A DNA stretch of 63,984 nt, counting the filler, from Octopus bimaculoides (taxonomy: Eukaryota): NCBI RefSeq assembly GCF_001194135.2. It is 7 parts of 7 records of this genome, joined end to end, with 100 filler letters (N's around TTAATTAATTAA, not from the genome) between each part and the next. Parts side by side here need not be neighbours in the genome. Positions count along the whole stretch, not along the records: positions 1 to 23,129 come from NC_068984.1; 6 more parts are not named here. One strand, given 5' to 3'. The position numbers were made by a program, and so were the translations under genes. Shown piece by piece: positions 1 to 12,480 of the stretch; the stretch's first letter is position 1, and every line of letters begins with the position of its first letter. The notes under the pieces were generated by a model that did not search any database, had not been told where the DNA came from, and was given only the letters and a program-made list of their open reading frames with translations.

Positions 1-190
1 GTGTTTGTCTTGGTGATTGTTTGTTCTCCACCACCGCTTGACAACCAGTGTTGATTTGTTTGCGTCCCCGTAACTTAGCCGTTCGGCAAAAGAGACCGAT
101 AGGATAAGTACCAGACTTTCAAATAAGTGAGCTGGTGGTGATTTGCTCGACTAAACCCTTCAAATCGCTGCTCCAGTATGCTCGCAGTTC
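1..190 (+). mobile_element. SINE family B, 3' half (a 5' fragment of the same family follows at about 196-270)
   Basis: cgcttgacaacc..ccccgtaacttagc.gttcggcaaaagagaccgatag..ctcgactaaa..gctccagtatg matches the copies at 25960-26378 and 62544-62858. Confidence 0.85.
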
Positions 191-1411
191 ACGCGTGAGT
201 CAGAGTTCGGTCCCACTGCGCGGTAATTTATACGAGCGTCTTCTACCATAGCCTCGGGTTGGACAGTGCCTCCTTCTGCTTTTATGACATTAGGATGGAT
301 TTTTGAAAATTTGGTTGCTTATTTTTTCCAAGCATCCTTGAAGAGGTTCACTCATTGACGGATAAGCACCTTTACTGCGATTGTTACTGAAAATAAAGCT
401 CCTTGAAACAACTAAAATCCATATTCACTATTTTGACTTTCGTAATTTTAACAACAATCTTCTTGTCTCTTTTTTTTTTTTCCATTTTTATCAGTTTGAT
501 CTTGAAGGGGCTGTACCTATGAGTTTCGTAGGTGCCTGAGATCGCTGAAATTGATAAATCTATCTTTTTTTATTGGTTAGTAACGAGGAGGGGCAATGGT
601 CCTGACACTTACCAGAATTTCTGAGACTGGTGTTAGGGAGAAGCAAATGCCTTCTAACTGGAGGACTGACCCGAATGCTTAGAACACAACTGATTCCAGT
701 AAAGGCACCCAAGAACTAGGTGTGAAAACGAGCGACTGAATAAGCATACCACCCACGAAGGCCACGTTCGGATTTGAACTCACAAAACTCACAAAAAGCC
801 GGAACAAATACCGCAAGACACTAATAATTCACCAGTTCACCGCCCTAGACTCTTACTTTATTTATCAACCACAGAAGAATGAAAAATAAAATTGACCTCG
901 CTCGGATTTGGACTCAGAATGCAGGAATTTAGAGGCTCTAACAACTCTGACAATACGTTGTTAACTGTTAATGTTCCTCTTGAACAGTTGTAGGTTGGCA
1001 GAAGGAGAAAACAGTGTGCAAGTACAGGATTCCAGATGAACAACGTCTTAAGAAAGAAAGAATGGATGTAGGGGTTAGTGTGGGGAAGACACAAGTGAGC
1101 CAAGAGTGGCTGAGTGTGGATAGCACGTGACAACCCAGATTCTGCTAGAAGTAGTAATTTTAGTAATAGTAGAAAAAGAAGTGTCGGAAGTTAGTGGATC
1201 AGATTGGAAAGTGTTGGTGAGCAACTTCTAGCTAATTAGTCCGATGGCCTTCCCCCACCAAGATATTACGAAATAAGATGTTATACCAAAACATTAAGCC
1301 CAAATATGTTACGAAATAGGAAAACTATCATTGCGACTTAAGCTTAACAATGTCAGATATGATCGTAGAGGTTTGGTGCACTACAAACATTGATATTAGA
1401 AAATCTTAAAA

Positions 1412-1465
<54 letters not shown>

Positions 1466-1890
1466 GACATACAGACAGACAAACAGACACTGAGAGAGAA
1501 AGAAACATTATACCTTTGCTTAATACACCTTATTATGCGTCCTTCACAGGAAGTGTGGTTTCAAGTTTGCCAGACTAATTGACTCCGCATAAATAAATCA
1601 TTTTCATGTTTATTACCTCTTAAAAAGTAGAGGCAAACTCATCCTTAGTTAAATTCAACGGATGTGAAGCTGGATTTTATGTATTTATATTTCTAATTAA
1701 GCTGTGATGATGGACAAATGCAAAAATAAGCAAATATAACGTTGAATAGTACTTTTTTTTTTTTTGGGAGATACTGTAAACATACGTCTTCTCCCATCTT
1801 GATTTCCTCAGAAAGTCGTTTAAAATCTCAAAATTTCGACAAAAATAATAATTTTTCCTAATTTTGACACAAGGCCAGCACAAGAATATT

Positions 1891-2059
1891 AATAATCCTT
1901 TCTACTATAGGCTCAAGGCCTGAAATTTTGGAGGCGGGGGCAGTCGATTAGATCGACCCCAGTACGCAAATGGTACTTATTTCATCGACCCCGAATGGAT
2001 GAAAGGTAAAATCGACCTCGGCGGAATTTGAACCCAGAACGTAGCGACGGGCGAAATAC
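1891..2059 (-). mobile_element. tRNA-headed SINE family A, 5'-truncated
   Basis: Reverse complement gives gttctgggttcaaattccgccgaggtcga..ggggtcgat..aggccttgagcctatagtagaaaggattatt, with a B-box-like GTTCAAATTCC. Confidence 0.9.
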
Positions 2060-2280
2060 ACAATAATAATAATAATAATGGATGTATTAATCGTATCATA
2101 TCCACACGTTTTTAGTTTCGCTATTAAATTAGTCCCACAAAGGCCGTTTCGGCTGCTTGAGAAGGGTATCGAAACGATTGGTTTCATTGTTACTCAACGA
2201 CTCAGTGGGAACCGCTTCTCTTTCACAATAGGCTGAGTGAGTACAGTGGAAGACTACTGATTAAACTATAAACAAGTTAG

Positions 2281-2330
2281 ATGTCTGCTGATGAAGGAGC
2301 AAAAACTTCCGATATATGGCATATACGCCC
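2281..2330 (+). repeat. Penelope-like terminal-repeat fragment with a degenerate hammerhead-like motif
   Basis: CTGATGA-a-ggag-caaaaa-cttcc-GATA-tatggcata-TA; see findings. Confidence 0.35.
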
Positions 2331-2588
2331 ATTACCCTTTTTCATCTCCGATCTCATTGTTTGTTTACTTCTGGCGCCTCGGATATGAAAGGTCGCAGCA
2401 AAAATCAGTGTTGGCTATAATTTCTATAGAATATCTGTGGAGATAACCTTAATAAGTGATCTAAAGCGCACTGCTAACACAGTAGAGTACGGTCTAGACT
2501 TATAAAAACGTTTAAAATACTTAATAGTATATCATGGTTGCATAACGAAATACCGCGTCCCTACAAGTCATTAATACAAGCAAATGTT

Positions 2589-2778
2589 AAGACGGTGAGC
2601 TGGCAGAATCGTTAGCAGGCCGGGCAAAATGCTTGGCGGCATTTCTTCCGTCTTGGCGTTTTGAGTTCAAATTCCGCCGAGGTTGATTTTGCCTTTCATT
2701 CTCCCGGGGTCGATAAATAAGTACCAGTTGAGTACTCCACCGAAACTAGTGGCCTTGTGCCAACATTTGAAACCAATA
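2589..2778 (+). mobile_element. SINE family A
   Basis: aagacggtgagctggcagaatcgttagc..gagttcaaattccgccgagg..ggggtcgataaataagtaccagt..ggccttgtgcc. Confidence 0.9.
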
Positions 2779-2885
2779 TAAACAAGTATGTACCTATACA
2801 ACTCATTTGCATATTACAATACTGACGTCAGAATAATAATTACATGAGTATAACATAGTGGGTTATGAATAAATAAATATGCTAC

Positions 2886-3080
2886 TAACAATCCCTTCTA
2901 CTATAGGCACAAGGCCTGAAATTTTGGTGGGGGTGGGGATAGTCGATTACATCGAGCCTAGTATTTGACTGATACTTATTTTATTGGCTCTGAAAGGATG
3001 AAAGGCAAAGTCGATCTTGTCGAAATTTTAGTTCAATATTTAAAACGGATGCCGCTAAGCATCTTGACCGGAATGCTAGC
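2886..3080 (-). mobile_element. SINE family A, diverged
   Basis: Same 3' tail and core as 1891-2059. Confidence 0.85.
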
Positions 3081-3994
3081 AGTGGATGTTGTTCTTGTTG
3101 TTTTGAGTGCTGATTGGGTTTTGCTAGTGTTTATAATGTTAGTTGTGTTTGTGGTGATGGTGATGACAGTGTTGGTAGTATTGGTGTTGTTAGAAGTAGT
3201 GTTGAGGTGTCGTTGTTTGGAGGTATTTCTTCAGTCCATTTGAACCTCCTAGCTTTTTCCATTTTACCTTTTTCCTTTCTGTCGTTTGGTTACTTCTTCA
3301 TTACCTTCGCCATAAGACATATCTGAGTGGTCCCAAGCGAGAATCGGCATATCTTGGAGGTTATTGTCTTTTTTATTCTGTTGTTGTTTGGGAGCTTTCT
3401 GTTACTGTTGTGGGTGGTGATATGATGGCCTTTGAGAGCGTTTTTTCTTTTGTTGTTTTTGTTGCTGTTTCCACTGTTGATGTCGTTGTTGCTTCCATTG
3501 CTGTTACAGCTGCTTTCGTGAATGTTGGTTTTACTGTTGCAATACTGTCGTTGTTGCTGCTGTAGCTGCACGCTGCCGTTGATGCTGCTGCTGTTTTTGT
3601 TATTCGTATTGTTGTTGTGGTGTTGACGATATCAGTAACAGTTGGTGTCAACTTTCTTCCCTGTTTTATTATGGTCCGACAGCCTTCAGATATTTTGTGT
3701 CACCACGCAAGTTACACCTTTGCTTTTCTGTCCTCTTCGCCATGGTGTTGGAAAAGTTGAGAGCCGTCTTAATTTCATTAAACAAAACAATTTGCTCCCC
3801 GCGCTCTTTTCAATCATCTCAGTCGCTCACAATTTCATGAGAAACGTTAGATTATATTAACCCAGAACTTGGCTTCTACTTATTTGATCCCAGCCCTGTT
3901 TCTAAAGAAAATGTAAAGAGACGTAACTAAACTCCGCAATGCAATTTGTCCGTCGCTCTGTCGATGTTGCCAGTCTGTCATCTTCTACAATTAT

Positions 3995-4206
3995 TACTGA
4001 TAGTTCGTCCCTTTTCGACGATGACCAAGGACATCACATGGGAGAAGATGACGAGTCACGGTGTGTCCGGCTATGGCCGATCAATCCGATGCATGTTCGG
4101 ATGGCTTTGCCACAGGTAGGACACTGGTGGTTTGCTGGAATTGAAGGCAAGGAGTTGGCTCTGGACTTGTGCAGTTCGCCTTTACTTTGTGCCCTTGCAA
4201 TCTTCT
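3995..4206 (-). mobile_element. RTE-clade LINE 3' end (relic)
   Basis: Minus frame reads KIARAQSKGELHKSRANSLPSIPANHQCPTCGKAIRTCIGLIGHSRTHRDSSSSPM*, the CPTC..IGL.SH.RTH C-terminus typical of RTE ORF2, then a short 3' UTR (ggtcatcgtcgaaaagggacgaac). Confidence 0.8.
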
Positions 4207-5249
4207 ACAATAACAATATACCAACAATTATAATAACAACAGCAATAGTGGCAGTGATGCTGGATATAACATGATAAATAAACAAGAACAACAATATAAT
4301 TGAGATTTTCTTTGGCGTTATCACAAGTAATTTATTCTTTGATGCATAGACGATAAATCGAACGGTTCTAGAAACTAGAAATATCTCTGCGTAGTTTATA
4401 ATAGTTCTGAATACATCGTATTGATGTTCGGGACTGGTCACTGTGACATAAAATCAATATTCGTTTAAATCGATACACTATTATAAATGTGTGTAGATAG
4501 GTAACTCTATTGAGGTTGGATATGCTTAATAAAGTTAGATGAAAATACGCCGCTAGCAATTATGTTATTTTTTTAAAACTTTTTCTTTTAAAATTTTCAA
4601 CGCTCGTTATGTGAATTTTAGTAATAACGCATTCCAACATATGTTATTGCCATGGTTAATATGCAATGAAGTTTAAATACTATCACGTAATTGCTACTAT
4701 TCTCATTCGCCCATTTTATTTTCAATGGTTTTTTGCACAAACTCACAACATTTACTTTCTTTAAAGATGATTAATGCAAGGCGCGAGATTTGGAGATTTG
4801 CCACGGGACTCAAACTACTTATTCATTTGTTGAATATTCTAGATTGATGAAGGCAGGCACAAGTGTTTTAACTAGTTTGCAGGATTTGATGATTTAAAGT
4901 AGCTAGGCAAAATGTTCACAACTTTTAAATGAAATCTCTTTAGTAGCATACGGTGGTTGATTATTTCAGTATACAATTCTACTTCTTATGTCTTACGAGT
5001 GAAATCATCATTTGAATATTCCTTTTGTGGTATCATGCATATGTATATCCTTATGTCTGTGTGTGTTTGCACAGGTGCGTGCTTATGTATAAGTGTACAA
5101 CTGAAAGTGAGATTAATGCCAGGAGACCACAAAACTGATCCGTCAACTTTACCTAACCGCACAAGATAACTTTATGATTAGCGTATTTCCTATTGTGTAA
5201 TACGAATGCATATGTACGCACTTATATACTTATGTATACACAAATACAC

Positions 5250-5339
5250 GCGCACACAAATTATGTGAGTATGTGTATATATATATATATATATGTGCGA
5301 ATGTAGGTATATATGTATATATATGTATGTATACGGACG

Positions 5340-5373
<34 letters not shown>

Positions 5374-5380
5374 TATGTGC

Positions 5381-5438
<58 letters not shown>

Positions 5439-5513
5439 TTGTGTATATGTATATATATGTATATATATGTATGTGTATATGTATGTATATATATGTATGT
5501 GCATATATGTATG

Positions 5514-5560
<47 letters not shown>

Positions 5561-5628
5561 GTATGTATATATATCTGTATGTATATATATATGTGTATGT
5601 ATATATATATGTGTGTGTACGCATATAC

Positions 5629-5672
<44 letters not shown>

Positions 5673-5678
5673 ACGTAT

Positions 5679-5749
<71 letters not shown>

Positions 5750-5866
5750 TGTACCAATCAGTGATGCGTATAACGTTACATTATGTGAGTAAATTATTAA
5801 TGATCGTTGATCGATATACACATAAACTCAATAAACTCAAAAATACAATCTCTATCATCTTTAACG

Positions 5867-5908
<42 letters not shown>

Positions 5909-5952
5909 CACACATACACCAATATACATTGAATATACGCGGGTATGTACCC

Positions 5953-6000
<48 letters not shown>
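5250..6000. repeat. Compound (TA)n/(TG)n/(TATG)n microsatellite
   Basis: Direct inspection; source of the spurious [12 protein letters not shown] ORFs. Confidence 0.97.
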
Positions 6001-6274
6001 CCGTGTCTGTGCATGTGAACGCGCGTTCTGACAGGTACCTACATAGCCAGTCTTATTGTGCCGATATTCTATAACGATAGAACTGTGAAAAAAAAAATTA
6101 AAATGAGAAAATCAAAATAGATTTATGTTATATTTTCCTTTCTTTCAACATTTTGGTACATTCACATGATTGGAGTTTATTTTAAGACGTAGAAATCGAT
6201 ATCTTTTGCATACTGTAACCAGAATGTTGGCACTGAAGATAGTTTGTCTAAGATTCCTATTTGCTTCTGTCCAG

Positions 6275-6431
6275 AGACAAAGAAGTATTATGACTGCCCT
6301 TTTCAAATATAAACAGACACTCGCTTTTCCCCCTACTATTCTATTTCCGCAAGTGCAGATTAGATATGTAAATGGTCTTAGGGTTTGTTCTACTGCCATC
6401 CTTATTCCAGTTTGTCAACTTAAGGTCGAAG
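6275..6431 (+). CDS. Candidate exon E1 of an unidentified gene (RQRSIMTALFKYKQTLAFPPTILFPQVQIRYVNGLRVCSTAILIPVCQLKVE-G)
   Basis: Acceptor attcctatttgcttctgtccag; donor AAG|gtaaat; open frame ending in phase 1. Alternative starts at 6177 or 6411 are in the same frame. Confidence 0.3.
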
Positions 6432-6869
6432 GTAAATATTAGCCGTCCAGATACCAACCATACAATCACGAACAGCATTGCTGCACACAACGTTTGGATA
6501 ACCGTTCACACCCACCTCCATGAGAAAAATGCTAACAATATATACTGCTAATAACAAATATAATAACAAACAATAGATAAAACAAATTCGCAAATAGGAA
6601 AGGGGTGAGAAGAAGAGAAAGGTAGCAAAGAGGAATTGAATATGGGTGTACTTTTACCTATAAGTTCTAAATTCAAATAGAAGAAGGTCACTCACATACA
6701 GAAAAGAGACAACTTATGAAAATATAAAATTATATATATATATATATATTACATCAAACATACATGTAAAAGTCATTAACCTCTCTGATTACAAAGGAAC
6801 CACAAAATAAATATTAAAGAATAGAGAAATAAGAATAATGAACAATATAGCTTGGGCACACACTTTGAG

Positions 6870-7800
6870 AAGTATTTTTTAAAGATATTCAGTTGAAGGG
6901 AGTATCATAAATCATTCACTATCTCACTCGTTTGTAACATCTGCAGTTGTTTATAAAGCATATGCAGTGTAGACAAGAGGAAATTGATGGGTATGTATCT
7001 AAACTAACATACAAATCATACTACACAGTATTCAATGGCCAAATGTAATAAATTGTTTTGAGATCATATTTTGTTTGTGTAAGAAAAGCATGCAATCTAT
7101 GTTATGCAATGGAAGCCTAGTAACATTTTATAGCAATACTCTTAAAGACGAACACTAATTCAAAGTGCATACAAATAAGCGTTCTTCACATGTGTAAACT
7201 TTTGAAAGGGTAGAAATGTTTGAATATTCTCTGAAAGCTTGAACATTTAGCATCAAAGATGCAATATTTTACAAGTTTATGAACCCATTTTCATATACAT
7301 ACAAGTATTGCATTTAAAAATAGAATTTATTCCGGGTTATCTTTGATATAAGGGAAACAGCTAACCAGTTATCATGATGAAAAACCAAATTTATTTTTCT
7401 TGATCCTCTCTCTAATGCGGTATACATCAGTCAAAAACTAGACAGTGTCTGCTCCCTATATTAATTTATGACTGGTTGTTGGGAAGATAAATCTCTCTTC
7501 GCAGTTTCATAAAAAAAAGCACCTACTCCATTTGTGTATTGGATTTAGTGTTCAAGTTTGTCAGCCTTGCATACACAAAATATATTCACTGCATATATAT
7601 CATATTTTTCAAAGATTCCAAATATATATTTCTCCGTCTTAACTGCCTTCTATAATTTCAATAAAAAAGTGAATAATATAACTAAATATGACCCATTTCA
7701 AAAATACTCTAGAAATGTTCTTTGTCCACAACACCCATTTCTTTCCATCACAATCCTTATCTTCACAGAAAGATATGCAGAAGGGTACCACATATGTATG
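6870..7800 (-). mobile_element. Possible highly decayed L1/Tx1 ORF2 3' region
   Basis: Frameshifted minus-strand words resembling Tx1 C-termini (MLLGF..; NFLLST..AY..YK); many stops. Confidence 0.3.
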
Positions 7801-8271
7801 TATGTATGTATGTATGTATTCAATCTGCAATAATATTAGTTAAGAGTTATTCATATCGTAAATTAAGTAAACTAATATCTACATCGTAATATTTTGACCT
7901 ACTCCAAATTCCTCCTATCTTTTTTCACTAAGAAGGCTTTACGAAGATATACGCCGTTTCTCTGCTTCTAATTTATTTATTTGCAATCGTAAGATTTGAC
8001 AAAATATGTAGACTTTTTAAAGGCGTTTGCTTTTTTACAGTTACTTTATAAAGGATCTATCTGGGGGTAGGGGTCGGGTAAAAATCATTAATAGAATGCA
8101 TTTAATGCTTACTTAGTAGAAGTTCGCATAAATTTCCATGATTTCATAGGTTTAAAATAAATCTAAGCACTCTGTTCAGATAAATGCACACTAATCTAGC
8201 GAAAGTTTTTAATATTTTCGAGGCAAAAAAAAAAAAGCCTAGAGGATTATAATTAAGATATTTCTATTTTT

Positions 8272-8450
8272 AAGGCGGCGAATTGGCAGAAACGTTAGCA
8301 TGCCGGGCGAAATGCTTAGCGGTATTTCGTCTGCCGCTACTTTCTGAGTTCAAATTCCGCTGAGGTCGACTTTGCGTTTCATCCTTTCAGGGTCGATTAA
8401 ATAAGTACCAGTTGCGTACTAGGATCGATCTAATCGACTGGCTCCCTCCC
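8272..8450 (+). mobile_element. SINE family A
   Basis: aaggcggcgaattggcagaaacgttagc..ctgagttcaaattccgc..gtcgattaaataagtaccag. Confidence 0.92.
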
Positions 8451-8626
8451 TATATTAGAACTGTGTACTTGGAAATATCAATAACTTGATGTTTCTCGCG
8501 AATCTTACTTGGAAATTTCTTCCATTGAAATTACTGATTTATTTTATGTTTATTTTACTATTGTTACGCTATCGTGCGCCCCAAGAAAGTCTCATAACGT
8601 GTCAAGCAATTCTCTGTCTCATAAAG

Positions 8627-8673
8627 GAATAGCTTCTTTGCTGAGTGCTTGCTGCTATACTGCACGTCTTTCA
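8627..8673 (+). CDS. Candidate exon E2 (G-IASLLSACCYTARLS)
   Basis: Acceptor ttctctgtctcataaag; donor TCA|gtaagt; 47 nt, phase 1 to 0. A second frame is also open. Confidence 0.35.
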
Positions 8674-9837
8674 GTAAGTGTTGCTGTCTCTTTACATAAC
8701 TGCTCCTAAGAAGAGACATTTAATATGACATAATCCAAATTACTTAGTTGATTCAAAAAACAAAAAATTAGTAGAATCAAGATTTCTACAGATAAATGAT
8801 AATCTTAATGTTGGCTTAGAGCAGTGTTACTAACCTATAGATTAAATCTAAAAGTTTCAAATATATGTCATACAACAAGCTATAGGCGTTAGGCTTACGA
8901 AGCAGCAGTTACTGCAGACACAAACAGGGGAATTTTTCTCCAAGAAAAGCATCAAATAGTAAGTGTGCCTCGTTGGAATATTACAAAACATATTACAAAG
9001 GGTCACAGATTTGCCAATATTGTTATTGTAGACTAGCAGCATACGTAAGTTACTATAGGCCGCCAACTTTTGAAAGTAAATAATACTGTACACTTTCTGG
9101 TTCGTACAAGAAGTCTATCGTACTCGTAATATTTTATTCATCTAAATCAATGATGAAAATAATAGTAGTATTCAGCTGTTGCTATTTGTTCGTGTTATTT
9201 CCTATTCTGAAAGCGATCTAGCCACACATACATGGTACACACTACACGTATAGACATATACTCACATATGCATAATAACAGTAACTTAACTGTATGTGGC
9301 TAGCACAACAAAAGACCTTGAAAAGTAAAAAGGTGATTACGTTTATCGGATACCGCAATCTATATATAGCAAATTTATTGTCTAAACATCATTTGTTTGA
9401 AGCTACTTTCCTGACAAAACATCTGAATGGGAGTTATAATTCGAAACCAGTCGAAAAATAAAACAACTTTCGATTTAACAACTATATAACTTTTGTATCA
9501 GTTCGGTATTGTGCTTTCCGGGAGATTTATTTTCTTTGTGATTGTACGGCTATTGTAGTTTTGACATTCCAGAAGAGAGTTGTCCATTATCACGTCTTTT
9601 TTCTATGTATAAATTTTTATTCAATCATATGTGTTTTTCTTTTATTCATCAAGTTGTGGAGTTTCATTCACTAGCTTCAAAGTATGATGCAGTTTCTCTG
9701 TTTTCGTAGGCTATAGCTGAGAAAAAGCAACCTTCATCCTATTTGTCTGATATTTTCTATATTAAAAATTCAGTTATTAACTCTAATATCTAATATTACA
9801 TTCCTGTTACCAGCGACTCTTTTCGCATTTTGGTATG

Positions 9838-9870
9838 AATACACACACGCTCACACACACACACACACAC

Positions 9871-9920
<50 letters not shown>

Positions 9921-9990
9921 ACACACACACACATATACATACATACGTATATACGTACATAAGTACATACAAACATTCATATACATGCGC
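9838..9990. repeat. (CA)n/(TACA)n microsatellite
   Basis: Direct inspection. Confidence 0.95.
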
Positions 9991-10829
9991 GCGTGTATAC
10001 ATGTATGTGTGTATGTATTCGCAACAATCTGACTTGCTATATTTCGGTACTCGGTACCTCACAGTTTCGAGTTCAAACTCCATTATAATCAACTTTGCTT
10101 TCATCCTCTAGAAGTTCAAAAAATATATACCAGTAACATACTAAAGATTCAATAATCGATCCAATCGATAATACCTCTCTCCTACAAATATTGGCTTTGT
10201 GCTACATAAATCAATACTTAAAAAAATCAATATACTATAACGTTTTTAAAATTGTTTTCAACACGGAAAATTTAACTCGGGAAAATGTTTTCCTATAGTT
10301 TTCGTTTACATTTTTTAAAATCTTGTTATCTTCATTTATTTGACATTTTATAATAGCTGAGCATGCACAGAGATGTCTATGTTCAAAATGCTGTTATACA
10401 TTCCTCTTACCAAGGAGTTACGCATAGATAAGACTAAAATAAGTAAGTTCTTGTTAAATATACCCTGAATATATTTCCTATGCTTTTTGCCGCATGGATA
10501 GTTGATATAAACATGGCTCGTTTGTACTGATGTCTTCTTCATTTATATAAACACTTTTTTTTTATTCCTTTCGTGTCATGTAGATGACATCCTTGTATAT
10601 GAAAACTAACATTTCATTTTATGCGCAAGTAAATGGTAAAGCCATGCGAAGATAGGAGTATCATGTTGAACAAACAGAAAAACCAGAGTCGCTTAAGTGT
10701 CGGCAACTCAAAGCAAGCAGTCGGGGTCTTTCAAATACAAGTGCGGGAATGTGAAATCATAAACACAATGAAATCAAAGCAAAATGGGAAAATTCCTTGA
10801 ATGTAGTTAAGCTTATTTGAAATATTGCG

Positions 10830-11115
10830 TAGCTGATATGTACGGATGTGATCTCTTGACTGAACTAAGAATCGCTAAGAATTATTTCCTGAAGATGTAA
10901 AGCATCCAATCGAAGTCGGTAGATTCATCAATAGTAATAAGTTACAGGATGTCATGATAACTTGGTCGGTTACATTAAGAAAAATGCTTATGATACGAAT
11001 AACTGAGGCCATGAGAAAAGCTATAGTAAACAGCAGCTTATAAAGACATTAACGGTCGCCCATGACACAAGATATGCAAAAAGTGCTACGAAAACATTTG
11101 CTGATGTTAAAATCG
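10830..11115 (+). mobile_element. hAT transposase C-terminal dimerisation-domain relic
   Basis: Frameshifted DMYGCDLLTELR / HPIEVGRFINSNKLQDVMITWSVTLRKMLMIRITEA / EKSYSKQQLIKT / RSPMTQD resembles the hAT consensus ..L.D.FPNL..ALRILLT.PVT.AS.ERSFSKLKLIKT.LRSTMTQE. Confidence 0.65.
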
Positions 11116-11660
11116 AGAAAATAACCGTTTACTTAAGATAATGTATGTGTTTCAGCATCTGCTCTTTTGTTCATATTCTATAATTTATAAGGAGGAAATT
11201 CGTTACTTTTACAGGGATCTTGCCCACTCATCCTCCGCTCAGTATTAGTAACAAAAAACGTGTTGAGATCCTTGCCAGTAATGTAAATACAAATTCTCTC
11301 TCTCCTTCTCTCTCGCCCTCCCTCTCCCCATTCTGCTAGTTATAATATTGAAAAAATGTGAAACTGTGATGCTGGTTTTTTAGCTTGTTTATCGTCATAA
11401 GCACTTTTGTGCTACATTTGCAGTGTTCCTTGTTTTGAAAACTTTTAAAAAAGTACACTAATAAGGGTGCCAATGTTCAGCTTGTCTCTTAAGACCGTAC
11501 CCTAGAGATGACCCTGAGAAAGATTGCAGTTTGTTATATTTCCTGCTAACTATAACATTATAACATCTTACATGGGATCAATAGCGAAGTCTGTTGAACG
11601 GAGCGTCAAATATTAAGGGGCTGTTTATAGCGATCACAAGCATTTATAATATTCCTTGCG

Positions 11661-11836
11661 TAATATTGGGTTCAAAATTTGGCACAACGCCAGCAATTTC
11701 AGTGCTTCAGTGGTACTTATTTTATCGATCCCGAAAGGATGAAAGATAAAGTCAACTTCGGCGGAAGTTGAAATTAGAACGTACAGACAGACGAAATGCT
11801 ACTAAGCATTTTGCCCGTCTGCCAGCTTGCCGCTTT
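11661..11836 (-). mobile_element. SINE family A
   Basis: Reverse complement: aagcggcaagctggcag..gttctaatttcaacttccgccgaagttgac..gatcgataaaataagtacc. Confidence 0.85.
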
Positions 11837-11839
11837 TAT

Positions 11840-12010
11840 ATAGTCGCTGGACTTGCTAGAAATAGTAATCAGATCCCTCTTAAATTACTTCTTGCCGTCC
11901 TAAAAACCGACTAAGACTTGAATAATGTAGTCCTGGACACATTTTCTGAAAATGGTCACGGCTAGAACGCTTTTTGATCATAGAGCTTATTTGGCCCTAA
12001 ACAACTACAA
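11840..12010 (+). mobile_element. Interspersed repeat family F (SINE-like, CAA tail)
   Basis: gctagaaatag..ataatgtagtcct..ggtcacggctagaa..tttgatcatag..ctaaacaac; related copies at 16530-16702(+), 18745-18945(-), 41690-41860(-), 47830-48030(-), 49965-50056(-). Confidence 0.75.
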
Positions 12011-12217
12011 CTTGAAAACAAGGTATCATTCATTGGTTTCTTACATAATTACAAGGTTTTATATCGAGAAAGAAAAGAAATGACGTTTACATTTTTCAAA
12101 GACATTACAGACATATAAAAGCGTCATTTATCGAATAGACCTTCCATCTTCAATTCGAAACATCGAAAACTTCGATTAACATTGTTGTTGTTGTNNNNNN
12201 NNNNTGTTGTTGTTGTT

Positions 12218-12440
12218 AAGGCGGCGAGCTGGCAGAATCGTTAACACGCCGGGCAAAGCGCTTAGCGGTATTTCGCCCGTCGCTACGTTCTGAGTTCGAA
12301 TTCCGCCGAGGTCAACTTTGCCTTTCATCCTTTTGGGGTCGATAAATTAAGTACCAGTTGGGTCCTAGGGTCGATGTAATCGACTTAACCCCTCCCCCAC
12401 CCAAATTTCATGTCTTGTGCTTATAGTAGAAAGCATTATT
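12218..12440 (+). mobile_element. SINE family A, near full length with (ATT)n tail
   Basis: aaggcggcgagctggcagaatcgttaac..gagttcgaattccgccgagg..ttatagtagaaagcattatt. Confidence 0.93.
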
Positions 12441-12447
12441 ATTGTTA

Positions 12448-12480
<33 letters not shown>

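Noticed and set aside
2965-3243. Hydrophobic 92-aa ORF resembling a membrane protein
   Set aside because: It is a SINE A remnant plus GT-rich low-complexity sequence. The ORF at 59246-59611 is likewise T-rich low complexity.
5190-6018. Long overlapping ORFs up to 241 aa ([12 protein letters not shown])
   Set aside because: These are translations of microsatellites. The same applies to ORFs at 20428-20916, 22601-22974, 26548-26991, 30854-31243, 40483-40937 and 57096-57553.
12218-12310. tRNA-like heads with A/B boxes in SINE families A, B and C
   Set aside because: There is no cloverleaf, and the heads continue into SINE bodies, so they are not tRNA genes.
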